Assembly (NCBI GenBank): GCA_902782575.1
Contig: CACZNS010000027.1
Coordinates: 750-64,749 of the forward strand
Length of the DNA: 64,000 nucleotides
Direction: 5' to 3'
DNA from: an uncultured Lachnospiraceae bacterium
Lineage (GTDB): Bacteria > Bacillota > Clostridia > Lachnospirales > Lachnospiraceae
Position numbers and translations under genes: made by a program
Notes under the pieces: generated by a model
The model's input: the letters and a program-made list of their open reading frames with translations, nothing else
Database searches by the model: none
Told to the model about the DNA's origin: nothing
Shown: positions 52,932-64,000 of the stretch, piece by piece
Position numbering within the stretch: position 1 is the stretch's first letter
Layout: every line of letters starts with the position of its first letter

Positions 52932-53165
52932 TTATCTGACTCGGTCATATCGGATCTGTGTCAGTTTTCCCTGATCATCACGTACAAAATCCGCCATATA
53001 AACCTCATCGTCTTTGACCATGAGCCTATTCACAACCTGAAACGGTGTGCTGGGTTCATTTTCCAAATAGATCGGTATTCCCTGCTGGACATAGTCTCCC
53101 AGCTGCATCATTAATTCAAATTGAAGTTCATTGCTTTTGATTTTATTCTGACCTTCTAAATCCAT
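52932..53165 (-). CDS. small hypothetical protein
   Basis: 77 aa with AAAAGGAG RBS; G.PIYLEN..STP...YMADFVRDDQGKL. Confidence 0.75.
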   Translation of the reverse strand: MDLEGQNKIKSNELQFELMMQLGDYVQQGIPIYLENEPSTPFQVVNRLMVKDDEVYMADFVRDDQGKLTQIRYDRVR

Positions 53166-53474
53166 AAGCTTCTCCTTTTAATTTTCTTTTACGTGATATA
53201 TCCAGTGAAATAATTTGTCCGGGACAGACGAAAGACGCGAGATAAAAAATCTGCTGAAAAATGTGAATTGTATTTCTGAACTTAAAATGGAATAATTGTT
53301 GATTCGGCTTTTGCCGTATCCTGATAATACTTTAGACACCGCTTTTGCGGTTTTCGGAATGCTGATCCCCGATTTGCCGGCTGGGGACCGCTTCAGAACT
53401 TATAAATATATATTGTGTAGAACGCAACACCTCCTCCCTGCGTCGGAGAGTATTCGTTCTGCCCCGTGAAGAAT

Positions 53475-53503
53475 ATTATATCTATTAAGTGTATTAAATG
53501 CAA
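53475..53503 (-). promoter_or_regulatory. sigma-A promoter, divergent from mecA
   Basis: TTGCAT-17-TATAAT, about 300 nt upstream of the 77-aa gene. Confidence 0.65.
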
Positions 53504-53595
53504 GTAAAATTTTTCTTTTTCCTTGACGAACTGTCTGTGAAAGTATATATAATAAGTAAAACCCGTATAAATTTGTACTGTAAATCAATTGATAT

Positions 53596-54366
53596 ATGAA
53601 AATAGAAAAAGTAAATGATCGACAGATCCGCTGCACTTTAACCAAAGCTGATCTTGCCGATAGAGAATTAAAAATCAGTGAGCTAGCATATGGTACGGAA
53701 AAGGCAAAATCCCTTTTTCGCGATATGATGCGTCAGGCTGAATATCAATTCGGATTTGAAGCCGAAGATATTCCGCTTATGATCGAAGCTATCCCTCTTT
53801 CGGGAGATTCTATCGTACTCATCATTACTAAAGTCGAGGATCCTGAAGAGCTGGATACCAGATTTTCGAAATTTGCGCCCTCTGTTCGTGATGATTCGAA
53901 TTCTTATGATTATACGAATCACGCCGGCGGTGCCGATGATGTTATTGATCTGTTCCGGAAGATCCGTGATCAGGCTGCGGCTGCTGCTGAAGCTATTGCC
54001 GGCCAGTCTTCCGGTTCATCAGAAGACAATCCGGAGACCAAAACAAAAGAAGTTCAGATTACCATTCAAGTGGATCTTACTAAAATGTATTCCTTTGCTA
54101 CTATGAATGATGCGATCAAAGCCTCCCGGATCCTAAAGGGGATTTATCATGGTGAAAACGCTCTTTTCAAATCCCTTGAGAACGGACGCTTATATCTCAT
54201 TATGAAAAAATCCGATCATACACCGGAGCAGTTTAACAAGATCTGCAATATGATGACCGAATATGCCAAAATGGAGGATTATTCCCCTGCCTCGGAAAGT
54301 TTTATTAAAGAACATTCCGAGATCATTATTCCTGAATATGCAATGGAAAAGCTTTCTTTGATCTAA
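53596..54366 (+). CDS. mecA: ClpC adaptor protein MecA
   Basis: MKIEKVNDRQIRCTLT..DL..R; PLMIEAIP..LIITKV. Confidence 0.88.
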   Translation: MKIEKVNDRQIRCTLTKADLADRELKISELAYGTEKAKSLFRDMMRQAEYQFGFEAEDIPLMIEAIPLSGDSIVLIITKVEDPEELDTRFSKFAPSVRDDSNSYDYTNHAGGADDVIDLFRKIRDQAAAAAEAIAGQSSGSSEDNPETKTKEVQITIQVDLTKMYSFATMNDAIKASRILKGIYHGENALFKSLENGRLYLIMKKSDHTPEQFNKICNMMTEYAKMEDYSPASESFIKEHSEIIIPEYAMEKLSLI

Positions 54367-54388
54367 AGGATTTACACTCTTAAAAATG

Positions 54389-54429
54389 ATACATCTGCAT
54401 ATCTGTAAAGATATTCAGATGTATTTTTT
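54389..54429 (+). terminator. intrinsic terminator after mecA
   Basis: ATACATCTG.ATATCT-gtaa-AGATAT.CAGATGTAT plus T run. Confidence 0.75.
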
Positions 54430-54506
54430 ATTTGAAAATTTCTTGACATCTCTAATTCTATTTTATAAAATATAATCTATTCAAATATATATCTGGGAGG
54501 TAAGCC

Positions 54507-55049
54507 ATGAGCATTTATGATTATTCCGTTAAAACACCTAAGGGAGAAGATATTTCCTTAAGACAGTATGAGGGTAAAGTTATTCTGATCGTGAATACTG
54601 CTACCGGCTGCGGCTTCACTCCTCAATACAAGGAGCTTGAAGATATGTATGAAAAATATCACGACAAGGGATTGGAGATCATAGACATTCCCTGTAATCA
54701 GTTTGCCGGACAAACACCAGGAACTGATGAAGAGATTCATGAATTCTGCACACTGAAATATAATACTCAATTCCCACAGATGAAAAAGTCGGATGTTAAT
54801 GGTGAAAATGCTCTTCCCTTATTTACTTACCTGAAAAATGAAAAAGGCTTTGAAGGTTTCGGAAAAGGTCCCAAGGCTTTGATGATGAGTGCCATGCTTA
54901 AGAAATCCGATAAAAATTATAAAAACAATCCTGATATTAAATGGAATTTCACTAAATTTGCCGTTGACCGCAACGGGAATGTAGTCGCTCGTTTTGAACC
55001 TACAACAGATATGGCTGTCGTTGATCGTTTTGTGGAGAGTCTTTTGTAA
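54507..55049 (+). CDS. glutathione peroxidase family protein (Cys type)
   Basis: VNTATGCGFTPQY, PCNQF, IKWNFTKF; TTGACA-17-TAAAAT promoter at 54443-54471. Confidence 0.93.
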   Translation: MSIYDYSVKTPKGEDISLRQYEGKVILIVNTATGCGFTPQYKELEDMYEKYHDKGLEIIDIPCNQFAGQTPGTDEEIHEFCTLKYNTQFPQMKKSDVNGENALPLFTYLKNEKGFEGFGKGPKALMMSAMLKKSDKNYKNNPDIKWNFTKFAVDRNGNVVARFEPTTDMAVVDRFVESLL

Positions 55050-55481
55050 ATGAAAAATTATGAAATGCTTAAGCTTGATAATCAACTCTGTTTTCCGCTT
55101 TATGCCTGCTCCAGAAAAGTAGTAAATCATTATACACCGCTTTTAAAGCCTCTAGGTCTGACTTACACGCAATATATCGTTTTTCTGGTGTTATGGGAGC
55201 AGAAATCTGCTACTGTTGGTGAATTGTGCAACAGACTTTGTCTTGATAACGGTACTCTGACTCCTCTCCTGAAAAAAATGGAAAAAGAAGGTCATATTAC
55301 CAGAACCCGCAGCAGTAATGATGAAAGGATCGTTACTGTCAGTTTGACAGATCAGGGCTGGGCATTACGGGAGAAAGCTGCAGAGGTCCCTCCACAGGCA
55401 GCCAGCTGTGTTAATCTTAACCGTGAGGAAGCCGGTCTGCTGTATAAATTACTGTATAAGCTTTTGAAAAGTGATCCTTGA
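55050..55481 (+). CDS. MarR family regulator (OhrR-like)
   Basis: LDNQLCFPLY sensor Cys, LTYTQY, DER..V.LT. Confidence 0.88.
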   Translation: MKNYEMLKLDNQLCFPLYACSRKVVNHYTPLLKPLGLTYTQYIVFLVLWEQKSATVGELCNRLCLDNGTLTPLLKKMEKEGHITRTRSSNDERIVTVSLTDQGWALREKAAEVPPQAASCVNLNREEAGLLYKLLYKLLKSDP

Positions 55482-55511
55482 AAAAGCTGCCGGGCATAAC
55501 CGGCAGCTTTT
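55481..55511. terminator. bidirectional terminator
   Basis: AAAAGCTGCCGG..CCGGCAGCTTTT between convergent genes. Confidence 0.85.
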
Positions 55512-55994
55512 CTATTTGTCTATTCTTTTTTCAATCTCAGCTTTCAGTACATCAAATTTTCCGTCATAGATCGTTGTCAGAAGACTGTCCAGACTCGTAA
55601 GAGCTTTAATCACATCCGGTACTGTAAGAAGATTTTCTTCCAGCGACTTTTTAAATTCATCCAGATCCACTACTTTAACAAATCCATCCGGATAAACGAT
55701 CACATCTGCCAGCAGATCTCTGAAAATATAGATATTCTCCTTATCGTTATACTCATAATCTATTATATCGCAATACCAGTAGATAAGAGAATCATCACGA
55801 TATTGAAATTTGCTGACCTTATATCCTTTCTTCAAAAAATAGCAGGAATATCCATGATCCAGATCATGCTTCGGATGAAGTGCACACCATTTTGTGACAA
55901 TGATATCCTCATCATGGTAAAGAATGGTGTCATCCTTCAGTAAAACACACTCATCCGGAATTAATCGTTTCCTGTAAAGAACAGGCTCAGCCAT
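55512..55994 (-). CDS. DUF402 domain protein
   Basis: YWYCDI..DLLADVIV.PDG...VVDLDE. Confidence 0.8.
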   Translation of the reverse strand: MAEPVLYRKRLIPDECVLLKDDTILYHDEDIIVTKWCALHPKHDLDHGYSCYFLKKGYKVSKFQYRDDSLIYWYCDIIDYEYNDKENIYIFRDLLADVIVYPDGFVKVVDLDEFKKSLEENLLTVPDVIKALTSLDSLLTTIYDGKFDVLKAEIEKRIDK

Positions 55995-56658
55995 GTGATT
56001 TAGCCTTTTCCTCGTAATGATGAGCTTCCTCCAGAAGCATATCCTTGACCTTCATCAATCGGATCTGTGTACTTCTTTCATTCTCATCCAGCTTTGAAGA
56101 AATATATTTTATATTTGCTTCCGTTTCCGGTATCAAAACATGTTCCAGCGCATTAACCCGCCGCCTGGTTTTTTCAATCTCCGCAGCCATAAGCTGACAG
56201 GCTTTTTCTACTTCGGCCAACTTCAGCATATCCGGTAGCAGATCGGCCAGACTTTTTACGGCATCATCCAGATCACTGGAGGTGAATGCCAGACCATAAG
56301 AATAAATATCATTGGCATCACTCGTACGGGTCTTGTATTCAAAGACCGGTATATCCACACTCATGATATTCTTTGTGCCCGCCTCTAATGATACTTCCTG
56401 TTTCGGTGTCATAAATGCCACATTTACCGCTTCATCGGACATTGTGGATTTGGCAAGCACAAAGTTCTTATTTGCGGCTTCCAGTCCTGCTTCAACCTTT
56501 TTCCGAAGGGCCATATTCTCCCGGACCAGGTCCATAAACTGTCGCATCAGCTCATCGCGTTTGTCTTTCAGAAGCTTATGTCCCCGTCTGGTTGTTGCAA
56601 GCTTACGCTTCAGACGGGTCAGCTCCATTCTGGTAGGTGTTACATTGGTAGCAGCCAT
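55987..56658 (-). CDS. ntpD: V-type ATPase subunit D
   Basis: PTRMEL..GHKLLKDKRD; TRRRVNALE. Confidence 0.95.
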   Translation of the reverse strand: MAATNVTPTRMELTRLKRKLATTRRGHKLLKDKRDELMRQFMDLVRENMALRKKVEAGLEAANKNFVLAKSTMSDEAVNVAFMTPKQEVSLEAGTKNIMSVDIPVFEYKTRTSDANDIYSYGLAFTSSDLDDAVKSLADLLPDMLKLAEVEKACQLMAAEIEKTRRRVNALEHVLIPETEANIKYISSKLDENERSTQIRLMKVKDMLLEEAHHYEEKAKSHG

Positions 56659-56667
56659 ACTGACTCC

Positions 56668-58041
56668 TTATTTTTTCTCGTAGTACTGATCCAGATATTC
56701 ATCCTTGATACGCTTCAGCTCTGCACGCGGCAGAATTCTCAAAAGCTCCCAGCCGATCTCCAATGTTTCCTCAATGCTGCGATCGGTACGATAACCCTGA
56801 GACACATATTTCTGCTCAAATTCATCCGCAAACTTTGCATAAAGCTTATCGATATCCGTTAATGCCGCTTCTCCGAGGATCATCATCAGTTCCTTTGCAT
56901 CCTTTCCTCTGGAATAAGCAGCAAAGAGCTGATTCATCGTATTTGCATGATCCTCCCTGGTCTTACCCTTACCGATACCCTTATCCTTCAGACGGGACAG
57001 TGACGGCAGAACATCGATCGGCGGTTCGACGCCGCGGCGATAGAGTTCACGGGAAAGAATGATCTGACCCTCTGTAATATATCCTGTCAGGTCGGGGATC
57101 GGGTGTGTCTTATCATCCTCGGGCATGGTAAGGATCGGGATCATCGTGATCGAACCGTTCTTACCGGTCTGTCTTCCTGCTCTTTCATAAAGCTGAGCCA
57201 GGTCGGTGTACATATATCCGGGATAACCACGGCGTCCGGGGACTTCCTTTCTCGCAGCGGAAACCTCACGAAGTGCATCTGCATAGTTTGTAATATCTGT
57301 CAGAATGACAAGGACGTGCATTCCCTTTTCAAATGCCAGATACTCTGCTGCCGTAAGAGCCATACGAGGCGTTGCGATACGCTCGACAGCCGGATCATTT
57401 GCAAGATTCATAAAAAGAACAGTCCTGTCTATGGCTCCGGTCTCACGGAAACTCTCAACAAAATAGTTAGACTCATCGAAGGTGATACCCATTGCAGCAA
57501 AGACAACGGCGAACTGCTCATCCGTACCGCGAACTTTAGCCTGACGGGCAATCTGTGCGGCAAGTTGTGCATGCGGCAGACCGGATGCCGAGAAGATCGG
57601 CAGCTTCTGACCGCGGACCAGCGTGTTCAGGCCGTCGATGGCGGAAACACCCGTCTGGATAAACTCGGACGGGTATGCCCTGGCCGCCGGATTCATCGGC
57701 AGACCATTGATATCCATCCTTTTTTCCGGCAGGATCTCCGGGCCACCGTCGGTGGTCCGTCCCAGGCCGTCAAACACACGCCCCAGCATGTCCTCGGAAA
57801 CGCCAAGCTCCATGGCATGGCCCAGGAAACGTACCTTGCTGTTGGAGAGGTTAATGCCGGTGGAAGCCTCGAAAAGCTGGACCAGCGCGGAGTCGCCATC
57901 GATCTCCAGCACCTTGCAGCGGCGCACCTGGCCGTCGGCCAGCTCGATCTCGCCCAGCTCATTGTAGGTAACATTCTCAACGCCTTCGATCAGCATCAGA
58001 GGACCGGTTACTTCCTGTATTGTACGATATTCCTTTGCCAT
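56668..58041 (-). CDS. ntpB: V-type ATPase subunit B
   Basis: [35 protein letters not shown]. Confidence 0.96.
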   Translation of the reverse strand: MAKEYRTIQEVTGPLMLIEGVENVTYNELGEIELADGQVRRCKVLEIDGDSALVQLFEASTGINLSNSKVRFLGHAMELGVSEDMLGRVFDGLGRTTDGGPEILPEKRMDINGLPMNPAARAYPSEFIQTGVSAIDGLNTLVRGQKLPIFSASGLPHAQLAAQIARQAKVRGTDEQFAVVFAAMGITFDESNYFVESFRETGAIDRTVLFMNLANDPAVERIATPRMALTAAEYLAFEKGMHVLVILTDITNYADALREVSAARKEVPGRRGYPGYMYTDLAQLYERAGRQTGKNGSITMIPILTMPEDDKTHPIPDLTGYITEGQIILSRELYRRGVEPPIDVLPSLSRLKDKGIGKGKTREDHANTMNQLFAAYSRGKDAKELMMILGEAALTDIDKLYAKFADEFEQKYVSQGYRTDRSIEETLEIGWELLRILPRAELKRIKDEYLDQYYEKK

Positions 58042-58044
58042 GGT

Positions 58045-59817
58045 TTACAGGTCCTCCTTTCCGATCAGGCCGCCAAACTCTCTGGCCAGCTCCTCCTGGA
58101 TCTTCGCATATTCCTCATCCACGTTTTCTTCCAGCGTGTATTTGAAACGTCCGATCCGCTCGCGAACCTCCGCCTTGACGATATCACCGATGGAAGCACC
58201 CTTGTCCAGCGCGTCCACACCGGTCTCGTAGAACAGGTAAACCAGTTTCATCAGATCGTACTGCTTTTTCAGCGAGGTGTAGGTATCGATCTCATCGAAG
58301 GAGTTCTGATGCAGGAAGTCCTCACGGATCGAGCGGGCCGCCTCCATCTTCAGGCGATCCCTCGGAGAAAGGGCATCCATACCGACCATCTTCACGATCT
58401 CATTTAAGGAGGCTTCCTCCTGCAAAAGGATCATCAGGTTCCGGCGGGTCTCCATCCAGTCCTCTTCCACGTTGGTGTTAAACCACTTCTCCATATCATC
58501 CAGATACAGACTGTAGCTGGTCAGCCAGTTGATGGCAGGGAAGTGTCTCTGGTAAGCGAGGGACGCATCCAGGGCCCAGAACACCTTGACGATCCGGAGC
58601 GTCGCCTGAGAGACCGGTTCGGAAATATCACCGCCGGGCGGGGAAACCGCGCCGATGGCGGACAGGGAGCCTTCCCTGCCTTCCTTACCGATGGAAACCA
58701 CGCGGCCGGCGCGCTCATAGAACTGCGCCAGGCGGGAACCAAGGTACGCCGGGTAGCCTTCCTCACCGGGCATCTCCTCCAGACGGCCGGACATCTCGCG
58801 GAGCGCCTCGGCCCAACGGGAGGTGGAGTCAGCCATCAAAGCCACGGAGTAGCCCATGTCGCGGAAATACTCCGCCATGGTGATCCCTGTATAAATAGAA
58901 GCTTCACGCGCCGCCACAGGCATATCGGAGGTGTTGGCGATCAGCACGGTCCGCTGCATCAAAGACTCGCCGGTACGCGGATCCTTCAGCTCCGGGAACT
59001 CGTTCAGAACGTCCGTCATCTCGTTGCCGCGCTCGCCGCAGCCGATGTAGACCACGATGTCGGCTTCCGCCCACTTGGCCAGCTGGTGCTGTGTGACCGT
59101 TTTTCCGGAACCGAAGGGCCCGGGGATGGCTGCCACACCGCCTTTGGCGATGGGGAAGAAAGCATCCACGACACGCTGACCGGTAACCAGCGGCATATCC
59201 GGCGGTAACTTGTGCTGATACGGACGACCCTGACGGACAGGCCACTTATGCATGAGCTTTAGCTCAACCAATGTGCCGTCCTCTGTCTTTACATGGCCGA
59301 TCACATCCTCCACCGTGTAAGAGCCGGAGGCGATGTCCGCGATCACGCCCTTCACCCTGTAAGGAACCATGATCTTTTGCACAACGACCGGCGTTTCCTG
59401 TACGGTGCCGATAATGTCGCCGGCTTCCACCTCATCACCCGCCTTAACGGTGGCAACAAAATCCCATTTTTTATCCCGATCCAGCGCGGGCACTTCCACG
59501 CCGCGGCTGAGCAGGTTGCTGTTCGTAGCCTCCATGATCTTATTCAGCGGGCGCTGAATGCCGTCGTAGATCGAACTGATCAGGCCGGGTCCCAGTTCAA
59601 CGGAAAGCGGGACGTCTGTGGACTCAACGGGCTCACCCGGGCCCAGTCCCTGCGTTTCCTCGTAAACCTGGATCGAAGCCTGGTCTCCGTGCATCTCTAT
59701 GATCTCGCCGATCAGCCGCTGCTCGCTCACACGCACCACGTCATACATGTTGGCGTCACGCATGCCTTCGGCGATGACCAGGGGCCCTGCGACTTTCTTA
59801 ATCCTTCCGGTGCTCAT
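58045..59817 (-). CDS. ntpA: V-type ATPase subunit A
   Basis: [26 protein letters not shown]. Confidence 0.97.
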   Translation of the reverse strand: MSTGRIKKVAGPLVIAEGMRDANMYDVVRVSEQRLIGEIIEMHGDQASIQVYEETQGLGPGEPVESTDVPLSVELGPGLISSIYDGIQRPLNKIMEATNSNLLSRGVEVPALDRDKKWDFVATVKAGDEVEAGDIIGTVQETPVVVQKIMVPYRVKGVIADIASGSYTVEDVIGHVKTEDGTLVELKLMHKWPVRQGRPYQHKLPPDMPLVTGQRVVDAFFPIAKGGVAAIPGPFGSGKTVTQHQLAKWAEADIVVYIGCGERGNEMTDVLNEFPELKDPRTGESLMQRTVLIANTSDMPVAAREASIYTGITMAEYFRDMGYSVALMADSTSRWAEALREMSGRLEEMPGEEGYPAYLGSRLAQFYERAGRVVSIGKEGREGSLSAIGAVSPPGGDISEPVSQATLRIVKVFWALDASLAYQRHFPAINWLTSYSLYLDDMEKWFNTNVEEDWMETRRNLMILLQEEASLNEIVKMVGMDALSPRDRLKMEAARSIREDFLHQNSFDEIDTYTSLKKQYDLMKLVYLFYETGVDALDKGASIGDIVKAEVRERIGRFKYTLEENVDEEYAKIQEELAREFGGLIGKEDL

Positions 59818-59933
59818 CTTATGCCTCTCACCATCCTCTCTGGTATCGTTTTACATTCCAGTAACTGCTCATGTCCTAAGCCCCACTCCATTCGAAAAAG
59901 CGGACCGGGTGTCTTTTGGAAAGATCCAAGCAA

Positions 59934-60257
59934 TTACTTATTATCTCCAAACAATATATCACTGCCGACGGCCTGCTCCACGCTGGCTTTCACCATGCGC
60001 ACGCCATCGCCCGTATCTCCCTTCACGCCGGGGATCAGGATGATCGAGGGCAGTACCTTGTCCCGATACTGATCGATATCCTTGCGGATCTGCGCCGCCA
60101 GCTCCTCGGTCACGTATATGACGATATAGCCGCTGTCCGCGATCTGGTGAAGCGTCTTTGCGGCCTCGGCGGCGTCGCTGACCGGGAAGGTAGTCAGACC
60201 GATGGCGGCAAACCCGTAGATACTGTCGTAATCTCCCATAACCGCGATCTTATACAT
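59934..60257 (-). CDS. V-type ATPase subunit F
   Basis: KIAVMGD.DSIYGF..; VEQAVGSDI. Confidence 0.92.
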   Translation of the reverse strand: MYKIAVMGDYDSIYGFAAIGLTTFPVSDAAEAAKTLHQIADSGYIVIYVTEELAAQIRKDIDQYRDKVLPSIILIPGVKGDTGDGVRMVKASVEQAVGSDILFGDNK

Positions 60258-61221
60258 ACATCTTCCTTACCCTTTCCCGGATCGTCTCCTCGCCAAATCC
60301 GTTCGCTTTGGCAGTCAGGATGATCCGCGCCATCCGGATCTCGTTTTCCCTGGCAAGATAAAAGGCCACCACGGGACTGACGGAAACCGAATTCATCCGC
60401 TGGGGGCGGATCGTCTCGATCAGGCGATCGTCGCACCAGCGGTCAAAGGCCGACGGCGACTGTCTGATGGCATCCGCTGCTTCCGAAAAGCCGCTCTCCT
60501 GCAGATAGGTAAACAAAGCGTCCTCCCCGCGGGATGCCGCCTGCGCCAGCCCTTCCGCGCTGATCGCGTCGCACTCGGCAAGCGCTTCCTTTAAGAAAGC
60601 ATACGACTTGCCTGTTTTGGCGGAGCGCACGGCGATCTTGATGTCCGAGACCACCACCTGAGACGTGACATAGCTTTTCATCATCTCATTTTTCATGCGA
60701 CGGCTCTTTTCCAACATGGCTTCCAGGCAGCCCCGATCCACGATCGTATCGCAGCGCTGGCCGTCCCGGGTATTCACCATCACGTCATACGCCTTCGCAG
60801 CCGTATCGCGCATGAATTCCGGAAGTGCCCGGTAGTCCTTGTCCCGGATGATGCGCATCATCTCCTCACGGCCAAAGCCCTCGATCTCATAAAAGATCTT
60901 CTCATGAGCCCCATCCGTTAAGACCTCCTTGATGGCGGCCTTCAGGTTGTGAAACAGCTTCGGATATTCCAACACCTCAAAGATGGCCGGATCGATCTTC
61001 AGCTCCTTCATCAGCGCCCAGGTCTTCTCCTCCTCCGCGGAAAGCATATCCTCCGCGCTTTTGGCACTCTCCGCATCGCCCCAGCCCCTCTCGCCAAGGA
61101 ACGAAAGCACCTCCGCCTCGTCCTTCATGGCGGCCATCCGGGCAATATCGGAATCGCTTAAGAGTTTCTTTTCCCTGACACGGATCCGCGCAACGGCAAA
61201 AGCATAACTGTTATCTCCCAT
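60250..61221 (-). CDS. ntpC: V-type ATPase subunit C
   Basis: YAFAVARIRVRE..LL; ARENEIRMARIIL; operon position. Confidence 0.9.
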   Translation of the reverse strand: MGDNSYAFAVARIRVREKKLLSDSDIARMAAMKDEAEVLSFLGERGWGDAESAKSAEDMLSAEEEKTWALMKELKIDPAIFEVLEYPKLFHNLKAAIKEVLTDGAHEKIFYEIEGFGREEMMRIIRDKDYRALPEFMRDTAAKAYDVMVNTRDGQRCDTIVDRGCLEAMLEKSRRMKNEMMKSYVTSQVVVSDIKIAVRSAKTGKSYAFLKEALAECDAISAEGLAQAASRGEDALFTYLQESGFSEAADAIRQSPSAFDRWCDDRLIETIRPQRMNSVSVSPVVAFYLARENEIRMARIILTAKANGFGEETIRERVRKMYV

Positions 61222-61232
61222 TTGCGCTCTCC

Positions 61233-61823
61233 TTACCACAAAAGTGTATTTGCCAGATCACGGAGCGTCTCCGCCTTCTCGGCAAAGATCGCATCCAGCG
61301 AACAGTTCTCCTCAATTCCTCCGTAGGAGAGGATAAATCCGCTCCTGATCTTCACAGGTTTATCTGACACGACCAGCGTTCCGCCGGCCCCCTTCGCGAT
61401 CTTGGACAATTCATCCGCAAACCCGGCGGGCACGGCCTTCAGGTCTGTCTCATTAAATTGGATCTCGCCGGCTCCGGAGCGCACCTTCTTTTCCACCAGT
61501 GTTTTGACCATGGAAAAATAATCGGCCGTATCCTGCGTGGAAAGCTTCATGTACGCTTTGTGGATCGCCTCATCGATGATCCCCTGCTTGGCCTTCAAGA
61601 TCGCCTGTCTTTTGCGGAGCGCTGCCTGCGAAACGGCTCGCTCTTTCAGGTCGGCAACGCTTTTTTCGGCTTTTTGCTTTTCCGCGGCAAGCGTTTTTTC
61701 ATCGGCGGCGGCGCCTTCTTTACTGAGGGCATCCGCCTGCTCCTGAGCTTCTTTCAGCAGTGCCTGTGCCGCTTCTTCCGCTTCCTGCAGGATCTCTTTT
61801 ACAATATTGTCTACTCCTGCCAT
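61233..61823 (-). CDS. ntpE: V-type ATPase subunit E
   Basis: N-terminal coiled coil, GFILSYGGIEENCS. Confidence 0.9.
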   Translation of the reverse strand: MAGVDNIVKEILQEAEEAAQALLKEAQEQADALSKEGAAADEKTLAAEKQKAEKSVADLKERAVSQAALRKRQAILKAKQGIIDEAIHKAYMKLSTQDTADYFSMVKTLVEKKVRSGAGEIQFNETDLKAVPAGFADELSKIAKGAGGTLVVSDKPVKIRSGFILSYGGIEENCSLDAIFAEKAETLRDLANTLLW

Positions 61824-61887
61824 GTAAGGTTTCTCCTTTCTACCCTGCCTCCCTCATAAGGAGCTTTCCATTGTTGGTCCTGTCTGA

Positions 61888-64000
<2,113 letters not shown>

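Noticed and set aside
57103-58407. 434-aa plus-strand ORF and similar long antisense ORFs (30233-31195, 34167-35093, 11198-12055, 59293-60072)
   Set aside because: Shadow frames opposite highly conserved genes; no recognisable motifs; expected from codon bias

Overview
Mostly core-genome window from a Clostridia (very likely Lachnospiraceae-type) chromosome, with most genes on the minus strand. It carries about 50 apparently intact housekeeping CDSs: lysS (partial), greA, dusB, birA, argF, pfkA, dnaE, metK behind a SAM-I riboswitch, murA, a small alarmone synthetase, a YtrA-type GntR/ABC operon, arginine decarboxylase, an aconitase-family hydratase, glgP, ileS, pncB, mfd, pth, spoVG, glgCD, murC, a DnaD/DnaC-like loader pair plus prs, two SleB-type cell-wall hydrolases, a GH18, rpiB, sua5, mecA, gpx/ohrR and a Na+-type V-ATPase operon (partial). 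I found no CRISPR array, prophage, transposase, tRNA or rRNA, and no clearly new multi-gene system. The best leads are non-coding: a 156-bp MITE with a TAA target duplication, a tandem DnaA-box array before dnaD-dnaC-prs, a highly structured 5' leader and 3' hairpin around a small unknown gene, a REP-like repeat present twice, WalR- and YtrA-type operators, apparently leaderless core genes, and a GC step inside V-ATPase subunit B. All calls come from reading the sequence by eye; no searches were run.
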